Assembly: GCA_002435915.1 (NCBI GenBank)
Contig: DIWY01000004.1
Location: 138,053-202,052 of the forward strand
Reading direction: 5' to 3'
Source of the DNA: Christensenella sp. UBA6094
GTDB taxonomy: Bacteria; Bacillota; Clostridia; Christensenellales; UBA6094
DNA length: 64,000 nucleotides
Positions 20,232-31,077 of the stretch are shown piece by piece; the first letter of the stretch is position 1; every line of letters starts with the position of its first letter. Below the pieces are notes generated by a model that was given only the letters and a program-made list of their open reading frames with translations, was not told where the DNA came from and did no database searches. Both the position numbers and the translations under genes were made by a program.

Positions 20232-21250
20232 GTGAATAACCTCAATACATCTTTAAAGGTAAATATTACCATAAGTATCATCAGAAGCACAAAGCCAACA
20301 AAATGGACTGTGCCTTCTTTTTCTCTCGAAATCGGCTTTCCACGTAGTGCTTCCAAGCCAATAAATACTAATCTACCACCATCTAGTGCTGGTAAAGGTA
20401 ATATATTGAATACTCCTAAGTTAACAGTAATTAGACATCCAAGTCTTAGTATGGATTCAAACCCAGACCTTACCGCTTCACCAATAAAACCAATCGTTCC
20501 AACTGGACCTACAACATCCGAAGAGCTAACGGAACCTGTAACAAGGCCCCATAGTACAGTGAACATCTGCGAGACGAGAAAGAATATCCATTTAAATGAC
20601 AATGCTATTGATTCTAGCAGTGAAAATGTACGTTTCTCAGGTCCAACAACTATACCAATTCTGTTCTTTTGTAATGCCTCATCGTAATAATAATTTACTG
20701 TTGTATTAATGTATTGCCCGTTTCTATCTACAGTAAGTGTAACAAAAGTACTTTCGTGAGACTGAAGCGTAGTAAGTGCTTCACTAAGAAAGTCCATATT
20801 TTTATTATCTATTGCAATTATCTTATCTCCTGGCTGTAGATCTACTTGTGCAGCTGGAGTTCCAGCTTCAATAGAAGATACAACAGGCGTATAATCCCCA
20901 AAAATAGAAAGTGTCATAATAGCAAGTATTATAGCGAGGATTATATTCATGACTGGCCCAGCTAAAATTACTAAGAAACGCTTCCATGGCTTTTGGCTGT
21001 TAAAAGAAAGTGTATCTTTTACAACTTCATCTTCCCCGTAAAAAACAACAGCACCACCAATTGGGAATGCTCTTAATGAATACACTATTTCGTTTTTTTC
21101 TTTAGAGAAAAGTTTTGGACCAAAACCAATAAAAAACTGTTCTATTTTAAATCCAAGTTTACGACCAACCAGAAAATGACCTAACTCATGTATAACTATC
21201 ATTAATCCTAAAATTATTATTGCGGCAATGATAGATAAAAATTGCTCCAA
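20228..21250 (-). CDS. rseP: RIP metalloprotease RseP (site-2 protease)
   Basis: HELGH, a PDZ region, and NILPLPALDGG. Confidence 0.9.
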   Translation of the reverse strand: MEQFLSIIAAIIILGLMIVIHELGHFLVGRKLGFKIEQFFIGFGPKLFSKEKNEIVYSLRAFPIGGAVVFYGEDEVVKDTLSFNSQKPWKRFLVILAGPVMNIILAIILAIMTLSIFGDYTPVVSSIEAGTPAAQVDLQPGDKIIAIDNKNMDFLSEALTTLQSHESTFVTLTVDRNGQYINTTVNYYYDEALQKNRIGIVVGPEKRTFSLLESIALSFKWIFFLVSQMFTVLWGLVTGSVSSSDVVGPVGTIGFIGEAVRSGFESILRLGCLITVNLGVFNILPLPALDGGRLVFIGLEALRGKPISREKEGTVHFVGFVLLMILMVIFTFKDVLRLFT

Positions 21251-21264
21251 TTAAACACCGTCTT

Positions 21265-22431
21265 TCATAGCAAAAAAGCTTTATAGTTCTTATATATGTA
21301 TTCTCTAACGTAATTATCCAAATTCATTATATCTTCTAAAGATTCTACATTTTCATATTGCTTACCAAGAGCTTTGCCAACTATTTTTTCTATATCAATA
21401 TAGTTTATCTTATTATTTAGAAAAAGCTCTACAGCAACTTCATTTGCAGCATTAATAGCTATACAGTAGTTATCCCCAGCTTTTAGCGCATCAAACGCAA
21501 ACTGCAAACATTTATATTTATCCGTATCCGGCTTAAAAAAAGTAAGATTTGCAATTTCAGACAAATCAAGCGGTTTTATATCACACGCAATTCTTTCCGG
21601 GTAACTGAGCGCATACTGTATAGGTAGTTTCATGTCTGGATTACCTAATTGACCTAGAACTGAGTTATCTTTAAACTGCACAAGTGAATGAACGATTGAT
21701 TGCGGATGGATAAGTACATCTATCTGATCACTTGGTACTGAAAAAAGCCTACTAGCTTCGATTACTTCCAATCCTTTATTCATCATAGTAGCTGAATCAA
21801 TAGTAACTTTTTTGCCCATACTCCAGTTCGGATGCTTTAGCGCATCTTTAAGGGTTGCATTTTTTAGTTTTTCTTTCGGCCAATCCCTAAACGATCCACC
21901 CGAAGCAGTAATTATAAGTCTATCTATTTCATAATTTTGCTTATTTTGCAAGCATTGAAATATAGCTGAATGCTCACTATCCACAGGGTAAACAATCATA
22001 TTTTTTTCTCTTAGTGCATTTGTAACAAGCTTACCACCACATACGAGTGCTTCTTTATTAGCTAAAGCGACTTGGATGTTACGCTCTATGCATGTAAGCA
22101 AAGATGTAATGCCAACAATACCTACAACGCTTAAAAGCGCTATATCGGTTTCAGGAAGACAGCTATTGATAAGCACATCTGGGCCACTCTCAACAACTAC
22201 TGAGCTATCTAAAGATGCTCTAACAGTTTTATATTGCTTATCATTATATATACCTACGTAATTAGGTGAAAATTCCTTAGCTTGCCTAATTAATAGATCT
22301 GAATTACTATGAGCCACAAGCGCAACAACGTTAAAAAGATAACTGTGTTTTCTTATTACTTCAAGCGCTTGAGTACCGATTGAGCCTGTAGATCCTAATA
22401 TTGCGATGTTTCTTTTTTTATTCATTAACAT
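21265..22431 (-). CDS. dxr: 1-deoxy-D-xylulose-5-phosphate reductoisomerase
   Basis: ILGSTGSIGTQAL NADPH motif. 388 aa. Confidence 0.95.
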   Translation of the reverse strand: MLMNKKRNIAILGSTGSIGTQALEVIRKHSYLFNVVALVAHSNSDLLIRQAKEFSPNYVGIYNDKQYKTVRASLDSSVVVESGPDVLINSCLPETDIALLSVVGIVGITSLLTCIERNIQVALANKEALVCGGKLVTNALREKNMIVYPVDSEHSAIFQCLQNKQNYEIDRLIITASGGSFRDWPKEKLKNATLKDALKHPNWSMGKKVTIDSATMMNKGLEVIEASRLFSVPSDQIDVLIHPQSIVHSLVQFKDNSVLGQLGNPDMKLPIQYALSYPERIACDIKPLDLSEIANLTFFKPDTDKYKCLQFAFDALKAGDNYCIAINAANEVAVELFLNNKINYIDIEKIVGKALGKQYENVESLEDIMNLDNYVREYIYKNYKAFLL

Positions 22432-22434
22432 AAA

Positions 22435-23247
22435 CTATCCTATTCTAGCTATCAGATAAAAATATGAAAAAACTATAGGTGCGCAAAAAAGCATACTATC
22501 GAATCTATCTAACAATCCACCATGTCCAGGAAGAAGATTGCTAAAATCTTTTATCTCCATAGAACGTTTAATCGCTGATGCAGTTAAATCTCCAAGTTGA
22601 GCAGCTACGCCACACATTGCACCGATTATAATAAAATCTGTCAGCATAACATTTGAGCCAATTATTGGCTGAATAGCATAATAGAACAAAAATGCTGTAA
22701 TGAGTCCGCCAAAAAATCCACCAACTGCTCCTTCTACTGTCTTTTTTGGGCTAATTCGTTCAATAAGCTTATGTTTACCAAAAAGCATACCTACAGTAAA
22801 CGCTAGAATATCTACCATCGAAGCATAAATGCCTATTGCTAGTATTGCAAGCGGAGCCAGAGCCCCTGGTAGAAATCCTGTCATTGCAAAAAATAAACCT
22901 AAAGAGCAAGGATATATAAGTAAAAAGAGCGATGCCTCAACATCACTATGATGTATATTTTCTAATGCAATTGGTCTACATAAAGATATCATTATAAATA
23001 TTGCAAATGTAAATATAATACCAAAAAGGCCAACAAAATAGTATGACGCAAGAGAAATAACAATATAAAGATAAGCCAATATGAGCGAAGGCTTACTATG
23101 ATCATGCTGTCTTAGAGCAGTAGCTAATTCATATGCGCACAGCATTATACAGAACCCACCACCCACAACTTGAGCAAGAGGTCCTATTATTGGCATTGCA
23201 ATTAATATAGCCATAGCTAGAGAACCGTAAATAATTCTTAACCTCAT
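22435..23247 (-). CDS. cdsA: phosphatidate cytidylyltransferase
   Basis: Polytopic membrane protein with SAIKRSMEIKDFSNLLPGHGGLLDRFDS signature. Confidence 0.9.
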   Translation of the reverse strand: MRLRIIYGSLAMAILIAMPIIGPLAQVVGGGFCIMLCAYELATALRQHDHSKPSLILAYLYIVISLASYYFVGLFGIIFTFAIFIMISLCRPIALENIHHSDVEASLFLLIYPCSLGLFFAMTGFLPGALAPLAILAIGIYASMVDILAFTVGMLFGKHKLIERISPKKTVEGAVGGFFGGLITAFLFYYAIQPIIGSNVMLTDFIIIGAMCGVAAQLGDLTASAIKRSMEIKDFSNLLPGHGGLLDRFDSMLFCAPIVFSYFYLIARIG

Positions 23248-24020
23248 ATAGACTCCTCATCTTTAGAAAGTCCACCAAAACGTCTAGACCGGTTTTTATA
23301 CTGCAAAAGCACTTTCTCATATTGTTTTTTATCAAAATCTGGCCAAAAAATATCAGTAAATATAAACTCAGTATAAGCAAGTTGATATAACAAGAAGTTA
23401 CTTAGACGCACTTCACCACTTGTTCTAATAAGCAAATCAGGATCAGGAATATCTTTTGTAAACAAATAGTCATTGAAATTGTCTTCCGTCAGGCTATTTA
23501 TATCTTTCCCATTTACTGCTTCGTTAGCAAACTGTTTTGCAGCGCGAACAATTTCAGCTCTAGAGCCATAATTAAGTGCAATGTTTGTCTGTAGCCCTGT
23601 ATTATCTTTTGTAAGTACAACAGAATTTTCGATTTCTTTTCTGACAGCGTCTGGGAACTTAGTTACATCACCTAGTATTACAATCTTAACATTTTCACGA
23701 TTTAATTCGTCTATTTCTTTTGCCAAGAATTCAATAAGAAGCGACATTAATACAGATACTTCATCTTTAGGTCTAGCCCAGTTTTCTGTAGAAAACGCAT
23801 ATAGAGTGAGATATTTTATTCCAACATCAGAGCTCATTTGAATAATGTTTTTAAGCGCTTCAACGCCAGCTCTATGTCCAAGCGATCTAGGCATGCTTTT
23901 ACTTTTTGCCCATCTACCATTACCGTCCATAATAATTGCAACGTGATTTGGCATCACAATGTCAGACAGCTGTATTTTATCATTTTGTTTTTGCTGGTTA
24001 TTACGCTTAAATAAGCTCAA
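23244..24020 (-). CDS. uppS: isoprenyl transferase (undecaprenyl diphosphate synthase)
   Basis: HVAIIMDGNGRWA and LIRTSGEVRLSNFLLYQLAYTE. TTG start preceded by AAGGAG. Confidence 0.95.
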   Translation of the reverse strand: MSLFKRNNQQKQNDKIQLSDIVMPNHVAIIMDGNGRWAKSKSMPRSLGHRAGVEALKNIIQMSSDVGIKYLTLYAFSTENWARPKDEVSVLMSLLIEFLAKEIDELNRENVKIVILGDVTKFPDAVRKEIENSVVLTKDNTGLQTNIALNYGSRAEIVRAAKQFANEAVNGKDINSLTEDNFNDYLFTKDIPDPDLLIRTSGEVRLSNFLLYQLAYTEFIFTDIFWPDFDKKQYEKVLLQYKNRSRRFGGLSKDEESI

Positions 24021-24043
24021 AACGCACTACTCCTTATTACATT

Positions 24044-24075
24044 AGAGAAAAACCCAAAGCAATATAAGCTTCGGG
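24044..24075 (-). terminator. hairpin + T-run between the small ORF and uppS
   Basis: Minus strand CCCGAAGC-TTATATT-GCTTTGGG followed by TTTTTCTCT. It lies only about 20 nt upstream of the uppS RBS. Confidence 0.6.
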
Positions 24076-24080
24076 CGATT

Positions 24081-24275
24081 TCAGCTAAACAGACAGTATA
24101 CTAATTCTAGCGTTCCATCATCTTTATATCGTTGCCGAACAATTATCTTCTCTGCACTGATATTATCTTCACTTAGAGATACATATGGAAAATACTCTGC
24201 TTTAATATCTTTTTGCTTAAGTATTTGAGCACAATACTCAACACTTTTACCTATAAAATCAATTTTCTCGCACAT
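24081..24275 (-). CDS. hypothetical 64-aa protein, translationally coupled to frr
   Basis: TAATG stop/start overlap with frr at 24273-24277. There is no strong SD. The sequence (IGKSVEYCAQILKQKDIKAEY...IIVRQRY...G.LELV) is faintly PASTA-like. Confidence 0.45.
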   Translation of the reverse strand: MCEKIDFIGKSVEYCAQILKQKDIKAEYFPYVSLSEDNISAEKIIVRQRYKDDGTLELVYCLFS

Positions 24276-24832
24276 TATATTTCCATAATTTCTTTTTCTT
24301 TTTCGGCAACTATCGTATCAATTAATTTAATTTTTTCATCAGTAAGTTTTTGAACTTCGTCTTCGTAATCTTTCAAAACATCTTCAGCAATCAAATTAGC
24401 TTTTTTATCTTTTTTAAGCTTCTCATTTGCATCTCTACGAATTGCGCGTATGGATACTTTTGTATCCTCGCCAGATTTTTTAATCCTTTTGCCAAGGTCT
24501 TTACGGCGTTCCTCAGTTAACTCTGGAAAAACAAGCCTTATTACCTTACCATCATCAGAAGGGTTTATACCAATATCGCTTGCTTGGATTGCTTTTTCAA
24601 TTTCTTTAATAAGCGAAGAATCCCAAGGAGTTATTACAAGCAGTCTAGCTTCTGGAACAGTAATATTGCCAACTTGGTTAATAGGCGTTTGTGTGCCATA
24701 GTAGTCAACTGTTAGTTTATCAAGGACTTGAGGGTTAGCTCTACCAGCTCTTAAAGCAGCAAGTTCTTGTTTAAGTATATTAATAGTTTTTCCCATTTTA
24801 TCTTTAGCTATTTCAATTGCTTCGTAACTCAT
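24275..24832 (-). CDS. frr: ribosome recycling factor
   Basis: AGGAGG precedes the ATG at 24832 ([13 protein letters not shown]...), giving 185 aa. [10 protein letters not shown] motif. Confidence 0.95.
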   Translation of the reverse strand: MSYEAIEIAKDKMGKTINILKQELAALRAGRANPQVLDKLTVDYYGTQTPINQVGNITVPEARLLVITPWDSSLIKEIEKAIQASDIGINPSDDGKVIRLVFPELTEERRKDLGKRIKKSGEDTKVSIRAIRRDANEKLKKDKKANLIAEDVLKDYEDEVQKLTDEKIKLIDTIVAEKEKEIMEI

Positions 24833-24900
24833 ATAGCATACCTCCTTAACATTCACTAGTATTTTATCAAGAATTAACCAATTAGACAACACAAAATATA

Positions 24901-25643
<743 letters not shown>

Positions 25644-25649
25644 TTTAAA

Positions 25650-26297
25650 TTATTTACCCATCTGGCTCATTACTTCTTCAACAAAATTGTCTTGCTTTTT
25701 CTCTAAGCCTTCGCCCATTTCGTATCTGACAAATCGTCTAATATCAATTTTTTCACCTATAATTGAAATCTGCTCTTTTACAAGATCGCTTATTGTTTTT
25801 GAAGGATCTTTTACAAAAGGCTGATCTAACAAACAAATGTCTTTTAAATATTTCTTTACTCTGCCTTCTACCATCTTATCAACTACTGCTTTTGGTTTGC
25901 CTTCGTTAAGTGCTTGAGCTGTTAGTATTTCTCTTTCTTTCTCAAGTACTGCTGGGTCAACTTGATCGCTAGACAAATATAAAGGATTCGTTGCTGCAAT
26001 ATGCATTGCAATGTCATGAACAAACGCTTTGAATTCTTTTGTTTTACCAACAAAATCAGTTTCGCAGTTTACTTCAACTAAAACGCCGATTTTACCGTTT
26101 GCATGTATGTAGGAGTCAACTATACCTTCAGCAGCAATTCTGCCAGCTTTTTTAGCAGCAGCAGCTAACCCTTTTTCTCTTAATAAATCGATTGCCTTTT
26201 CAATATTGCCGTCTGTCTCAACGAGGGCATTTTTGCAATCAAGCATTCCTGCGCCTGTTTTTTCTCTTAGCTCTTTTACGGCAGCTGTATTAACCAT
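25650..26297 (-). CDS. tsf: elongation factor Ts (short form)
   Basis: [20 protein letters not shown]-terminus. 215 aa. Confidence 0.95.
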   Translation of the reverse strand: MVNTAAVKELREKTGAGMLDCKNALVETDGNIEKAIDLLREKGLAAAAKKAGRIAAEGIVDSYIHANGKIGVLVEVNCETDFVGKTKEFKAFVHDIAMHIAATNPLYLSSDQVDPAVLEKEREILTAQALNEGKPKAVVDKMVEGRVKKYLKDICLLDQPFVKDPSKTISDLVKEQISIIGEKIDIRRFVRYEMGEGLEKKQDNFVEEVMSQMGK

Positions 26298-26374
26298 ATT
26301 ATTACCTCCATACTATTCTATTTTATGAAAAAAGGAGCGAAATTAAATAATAACGATGCTCCCTTCACTTTAAC

Positions 26375-27208
26375 TTATTCTTGAACTGCAGTAACAGTTT
26401 CAGTTACAACTTCTTCGGCTACTTGTGGTTCAACTACCACTTCAGCAGCTATCTCTTCAATTTTTTCAGCTGCTTCAGCCTTTACAGCTTCTTGAGCAAC
26501 TTCAGGTGCGCCAGTGTCGAACTGCTCACCTTGATTACTTTCGATAACAGCATCAGCCATTTTTGCAGCAATAAGTTTTACTGCTCTTATAGCATCATCG
26601 TTACCTGGGATTACATAATCAATTTCGTCAGGATCACAGTTTGTATCAACTATAGCTACGATAGGAATTCCTAATGAATGAGCTTCTGCAATAGCGATAC
26701 GCTCTTTTCTAGGGTCTACAATGAACAGTGCAGCAGGTAATTTTGTCATTTCTTTGATGCCGCCTAAGTTCTTTTCTAGTTTTTCCTTTTCGTGCATGAT
26801 TTGTAAAACTTCTTTTTTAGGAAGGACTTCAAATACTCCGTTTGCTTCCATTTTCTCTATTTCAGTAAGTCTTCCAATTCTTCTGCGAATTGTCTTGAAG
26901 TTTGTTAGCATTCCACCAAGCCATCTGTTGTTAACATAGTACATGCCACATCTTTTAGCTTCGTCAGCAACTGATTCTTGAGCTTGTTTCTTTGTACCAA
27001 CAAAAAGTATTGTGCCGCCATCTTCAGTTATTTCGCGTACGAAATTGTAAGCTACGTCAACTAACTTTACTGTCTTTTGTAGGTCGATGATATATATTCC
27101 GTTTCTCTCTGTGAATATATACTCGCCCATCTTAGGGTTCCACCTACGTGTTTGGTGACCAAAATGTACACCCGCTTCTAATAATTGTTTCATTGAAATT
27201 ACAGCCAT
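26375..27208 (-). CDS. rpsB: 30S ribosomal protein S2 (with acidic C-terminal tail)
   Basis: GGAGG precedes the ATG at 27208. [27 protein letters not shown]. 277 aa. Confidence 0.95.
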   Translation of the reverse strand: MAVISMKQLLEAGVHFGHQTRRWNPKMGEYIFTERNGIYIIDLQKTVKLVDVAYNFVREITEDGGTILFVGTKKQAQESVADEAKRCGMYYVNNRWLGGMLTNFKTIRRRIGRLTEIEKMEANGVFEVLPKKEVLQIMHEKEKLEKNLGGIKEMTKLPAALFIVDPRKERIAIAEAHSLGIPIVAIVDTNCDPDEIDYVIPGNDDAIRAVKLIAAKMADAVIESNQGEQFDTGAPEVAQEAVKAEAAEKIEEIAAEVVVEPQVAEEVVTETVTAVQE

Positions 27209-27312
27209 TATAAACCTCCAAATTTTTGTTTTTTCCTCCCAATGCATCATTTTTTATCGTGCTCCGAGTCGGCACACACGAAAAAATCAACAAAGGTGCG
27301 TATTCGCTAAAA

Positions 27313-27342
27313 AGTATACCATACTATTAAGGTGTTTATCAA
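27313..27342 (-). promoter_or_regulatory. candidate sigma-A promoter for rpsB-tsf
   Basis: Minus strand: TTGATA, 18 nt spacer, TATACT, followed by a leader of about 100 nt. Confidence 0.4.
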
Positions 27343-27370
27343 CAGTAATTGTTAACAAACACCTTAAAAA

Positions 27371-27697
27371 CTATTCTTTTTCGTCTTCTTCGTCTTCAAA
27401 ATCTTCTTCATCTTCATACTCTTCATCATCTTCAACCATTTGAAGATATATTTGGAATATTTCTTGAAGTTTCTCAGCGCTTTCAATGGGTAAGTATGAA
27501 TCAGTGCCGTCTTCGTTTTCAACTACTTTTAAAACAACTGCTTCATCATCCTCGATACCTTCTAATTCTGATATTGCTGCTAAGACGATATACTTTTCAT
27601 CTTCATGAATGAATGTTTCTAGACATTCAAATTCATATTCCTTACCATCTTCGTCCAGTAAAGTAACTATAACTGGCTCATCAAAACTCATATCCAT
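27371..27697 (-). CDS. DUF1292 family protein (YrzB-like), acidic tail
   Basis: VTLLDEDGKEYEFECLETFIHEDEKYIVL pattern. Follows ruvX as in Bacillus yrzL-yrrK-yrzB. Confidence 0.75.
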   Translation of the reverse strand: MDMSFDEPVIVTLLDEDGKEYEFECLETFIHEDEKYIVLAAISELEGIEDDEAVVLKVVENEDGTDSYLPIESAEKLQEIFQIYLQMVEDDEEYEDEEDFEDEEDEKE

Positions 27698-27713
27698 TCT
27701 TATTGCTCCTTTA

Positions 27714-28169
27714 TTATATAAAATCACTTATTGATTTTTGTCTCTGTCTTACGGTTTCGCTCATATCTAGATACGTTTGCAATATCGTTACTGCCGCAAG
27801 TTTATCAACATGCTTTTTTCTTTGATGCCTATCCATATTAGCTGAAATCAATATCTTTTCTGATATTGAAGTAGTAAGTCTTTCGTCAATAAAAACTAGT
27901 GGTATATCTATTGATTCAAGCAGTACTTTTGAAAAATCGATCATCTTTTGTGCTTGACTGCCAACTTTGCCATATTGGTTTAAAGGCAATCCAACAACCA
28001 CCATTACTGCGTTATTTTCTTTAATAATAGATATCAAGTTGTTAATATCCGCGTTTTCCTCTTGCCTAGTGTATGTTTCAAGACCTTGAGCAGTAATACC
28101 TAAAGCATCACTCACAGCCAAACCAATACGTACACTTCCAACATCTAGAGCCAGTATTTTACCTACCAT
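27714..28169 (-). CDS. ruvX: Holliday junction resolvase-like RuvX (YqgF)
   Basis: ILALDVGSVRIGLAVSD N-terminus. 151 aa. Confidence 0.9.
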   Translation of the reverse strand: MVGKILALDVGSVRIGLAVSDALGITAQGLETYTRQEENADINNLISIIKENNAVMVVVGLPLNQYGKVGSQAQKMIDFSKVLLESIDIPLVFIDERLTTSISEKILISANMDRHQRKKHVDKLAAVTILQTYLDMSETVRQRQKSISDFI

Positions 28170-28325
28170 ATATTTTACCTTTGTCGCTTATTTTTATTTA
28201 TGCATTTATAAGTATATTTACAAAACAAATGCCTATCTCAATGCCATAAAATAGTTTGACACTTTTGATGAAGGCATATTCTTCCGTTCAACTAAACTAC
28301 AAAATAAATTGTTCTGAAATAATAA

Positions 28326-28583
28326 TCAGACGTTTTTAATATAGAAGCCAATAAGCTCCTCTAGCAATTCATCTCTTTCCAACTTGCTTATAAGTGTGCG
28401 TGCATTATTGTGGCTTGTAATATAAGTAGGGTCTCCAGAAATTATATAGCCAACTATTTGGTTAATTGGATCATACCCTTTTTCTTTCAACGCACTAAAA
28501 ACACTTAATAGCACTTCTCTAGCTGTATCTTTCTCTTCCTTCGGCAATTTGAAATGCATTGTTTCATCAAAATCACTTGGCAT
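28326..28583 (-). CDS. IreB family regulatory phosphoprotein (UPF0297)
   Basis: ETMHFK...[39 protein letters not shown]. Start assumed at MPSDF. Confidence 0.85.
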   Translation of the reverse strand: MPSDFDETMHFKLPKEEKDTAREVLLSVFSALKEKGYDPINQIVGYIISGDPTYITSHNNARTLISKLERDELLEELIGFYIKNV

Positions 28584-28619
28584 AATGAACACCACCTTTA
28601 TTATTTATAGAATATAATA

Positions 28620-29687
28620 TCACGTATCTATTGGCGATACAAACTTATTATAAATATGCGACAAAATTATTTTGCCTACCATTACAACTGGTATACCAAG
28701 AAACATACCCACTAGCCCAAACAGATATCCGGAAACTAGTATAGTAACAAGGACATAAACAGGATGCATACCAATGCTATTTCCAACAATTTTAGGAGCC
28801 AGTACACCTTCAAGTTGCTGGACAATTACTATTACTATTAGAGTTGGAACGATATTTTCAACACCAGTAATGAGTGCTACAAACAATGCGAAGATAGCAC
28901 CTATTAGTACGCCTACATAAGGTATTAGATTTAATAGACCCATAATCACACCTAATAAAACTGCGTAATTAAGTCCAATTATCAAGAATCCTACAACCGA
29001 GAATATTCCTTCTAAAACAGAAACTATAATTTGACCTTTGACATACGACCTAAGCGAAGTGTTTATTTCTGCAGACATTGTTTTTGCTGTTACTCTATGT
29101 TTAGTAGGCACTAGTAACGTAAATTCTTTAGAAAAAAGCTTTCTGTCCTTTAAAAAATAATACATAAAGAACGGTATTAGAGCAATTATCGTAAATATAT
29201 TTACTGCATTGCTAAGTATTGTGACAATTGATTCGGCTGAACTTTGCAAGAAACTAGTGAAATTAGACATCTGATCAAGAAAAATCTGCTTTATGTCAAG
29301 GTTAATTCCGATAATTCTCAGCTGATCTTCTATTTTTGATGCAGAACCTAAACTTTCAATAAATCCCGGTATGGATTCAAATAATTTTGTAATTTGCGAT
29401 ATGAAAATAGGAAGTATAAAAAACACTAGTGTAACAATACCTAATATTATTACTAAAAGAACCAAAAAGCTTGCTACCGCGGACGGCATTCCCTTTTCAA
29501 GTCTTTTTTGGAATGGCAAGAATATGTATGCCAAAATTATCGCAATGAAAACTGGTAATAATGTGTATTTTATTTTCCATAGTAATATAAGTAGCCCAGC
29601 AGCAATTAAGCACCAGGCTAACTTAATCAATATTGATTTTAGATCCCAATTTTTTATCTGTCGATCCATAAATACATCCAAATCCAA
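28620..29687 (-). CDS. AI-2E family transporter (PerM/UPF0118)
   Basis: 355 aa with about 8 TM segments. C-terminal GxxGxxLxxP-type pattern (GLVGMFLGIPV). Confidence 0.8.
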   Translation of the reverse strand: MDLDVFMDRQIKNWDLKSILIKLAWCLIAAGLLILLWKIKYTLLPVFIAIILAYIFLPFQKRLEKGMPSAVASFLVLLVIILGIVTLVFFILPIFISQITKLFESIPGFIESLGSASKIEDQLRIIGINLDIKQIFLDQMSNFTSFLQSSAESIVTILSNAVNIFTIIALIPFFMYYFLKDRKLFSKEFTLLVPTKHRVTAKTMSAEINTSLRSYVKGQIIVSVLEGIFSVVGFLIIGLNYAVLLGVIMGLLNLIPYVGVLIGAIFALFVALITGVENIVPTLIVIVIVQQLEGVLAPKIVGNSIGMHPVYVLVTILVSGYLFGLVGMFLGIPVVMVGKIILSHIYNKFVSPIDT

Positions 29688-29764
29688 AGGTTAATTTATT
29701 AAATATATTTTATCCATATATTTTAAGTATAACCAAATATAGAATTCTCTCACAAATTAATATT

Positions 29765-30259
29765 TTATGCCCTGCTTGGTTTAAAAATTCGCTTGATTAT
29801 TGGTGTCAGTATAACACCAATTGCTACTCCAAAGATACCCTGAATTAAATTAGGTAATAATGAAATTGTTGCAACAGGCATTCCATATAAGAAAGTTTCA
29901 AAAATAAAATATCCGCCAACCATTATAACTTCCGCAATTGAATAAACGATAATATTTCTTTTTGAGAGCTTTTCATGATTAAAAATCATTTGTGCTGCAA
30001 CTAAACCCATTAACGCCTTTATAACAAGAGTCGCTGGGGCATAAATAGTATAACCTGCAAAAATATCAGCAAGAGCAGAACCAACGCCTGCAACAATAGC
30101 TGCATAAGGTCCAAGCACCGCTGCCGATGCAAATATGACGCCATCACCCAAGTTAACATATCCCGTAGCTGTAGGCACTTTTAAAAATGCAGTAGCAATT
30201 ACCACTAGTGCAGTAAACAAGCCACAATAAACGAGTGTTAAAACCTTGTTGTTTTTCAT
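29765..30259 (-). CDS. ECF-transporter S-component-like membrane protein, substrate unknown
   Basis: 164 aa with 5-6 TM segments and a GYVNLGDGVIF motif. I found no riboswitch upstream. Confidence 0.55.
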   Translation of the reverse strand: MKNNKVLTLVYCGLFTALVVIATAFLKVPTATGYVNLGDGVIFASAAVLGPYAAIVAGVGSALADIFAGYTIYAPATLVIKALMGLVAAQMIFNHEKLSKRNIIVYSIAEVIMVGGYFIFETFLYGMPVATISLLPNLIQGIFGVAIGVILTPIIKRIFKPSRA

Positions 30260-30316
30260 GAGACTAACCCTTCCAATAAATAGATTGATTTATTATACAA
30301 TTGTCAATCTATAAAA

Positions 30317-30484
30317 TCAATTCTGATCAAATATATTATTTTGAGACATCATTTTTTTGCCTTGGCGAACCATTTTTTTTGCCTGTCTTTGTAGTTGTGG
30401 CATCATTGTCATTGACGTTGCTGCTGCAGCCATACCTATTATGCTACCAGCAAGCATTCCCATATAAAATCGTGCATTTCTCAT
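30317..30484 (-). CDS. 55-aa small membrane protein (YtxH-like?), below ORF-track cutoff
   Basis: AAAGGAGTG lies 6 nt before the ATG at 30484. My translation is MRNARFYMGMLAGSIIGMAAAATSMTMMPQLQRQAKKMVRQGKKMMSQNNIFDQN, with a TGA stop at 30319-30317. Confidence 0.45.
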   Translation of the reverse strand: MRNARFYMGMLAGSIIGMAAAATSMTMMPQLQRQAKKMVRQGKKMMSQNNIFDQN

Positions 30485-30506
30485 TCTTACTCACTCCTTT
30501 CATTTG

Positions 30507-30947
30507 CTAATCTATAATAAAATCGCCGGTCTGTTCATTTGGCGTGTAATTAGCATAGACAGCTCTGCCGTGGTTAATGTCATCAAATGGTCCAAGTGAA
30601 ACTTCAACACCAAGTATATTGCCAACATTTTCGTCAATCAAGAAATCAGCTATATACCCAATCTCAGTGTCCGCTCGGTTGAAAGCATAAGAAATATCAT
30701 AGCTTTTAAAAGGAAAAGAAACTTTGTTTAAATCTTTAGGATTTTTAATAAAAATTTCTTTCTCCCCAAATTTTGCAACCTCGTTAAACGGAAAATACAT
30801 TTTTCGGCTTAGAATGCCATTCCTTTCAATGTAAAATCCTTTGATATTTTTCTGCTTATGCTCATAGTCAATTCCCCTTACGACGCCTAAATAATTATTT
30901 TTTTCATCAAAAACTTTAGCGCCTAATAAATCTCTACTTCTTTTCAT
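30507..30947 (-). CDS. PRC-barrel domain protein
   Basis: LLGAKVFDEKNNYLGVVRGIDYE and a second GYIADFLIDENVGNILGVEV segment resemble tandem PRC barrels. Confidence 0.55.
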   Translation of the reverse strand: MKRSRDLLGAKVFDEKNNYLGVVRGIDYEHKQKNIKGFYIERNGILSRKMYFPFNEVAKFGEKEIFIKNPKDLNKVSFPFKSYDISYAFNRADTEIGYIADFLIDENVGNILGVEVSLGPFDDINHGRAVYANYTPNEQTGDFIID

Positions 30948-31077
30948 GCTATTATTATCTGTTTATAGTAGAAATTAATACATTAACTATGAAAAACCCA
31001 ACATTTAACTACTGTGAGTAAAAACGATATTTAGTTTTCAAAGATTATTATTTTATGAGTAAACATTAATCGATTTT

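Noticed and set aside
23129-23380. 83-aa minus-strand ORF spanning the uppS/cdsA junction
   Set aside because: It is out of frame across two conserved genes that already overlap by ATGA.
27329-27365. Hairpin AAGGTGTTT...AAACACCTT after the DUF1292 gene, considered as a terminator
   Set aside because: No T-run follows it, and its 3' arm overlaps the candidate rpsB -35 element, so I could not support a terminator call.
28170-28325. 156-nt AT-rich gap upstream of ruvX with alternative ATGCC/GGCAT pairings, considered as a possible riboswitch
   Set aside because: The stems are short (5 bp) and match no consensus I recognise. It is most likely just a promoter region.
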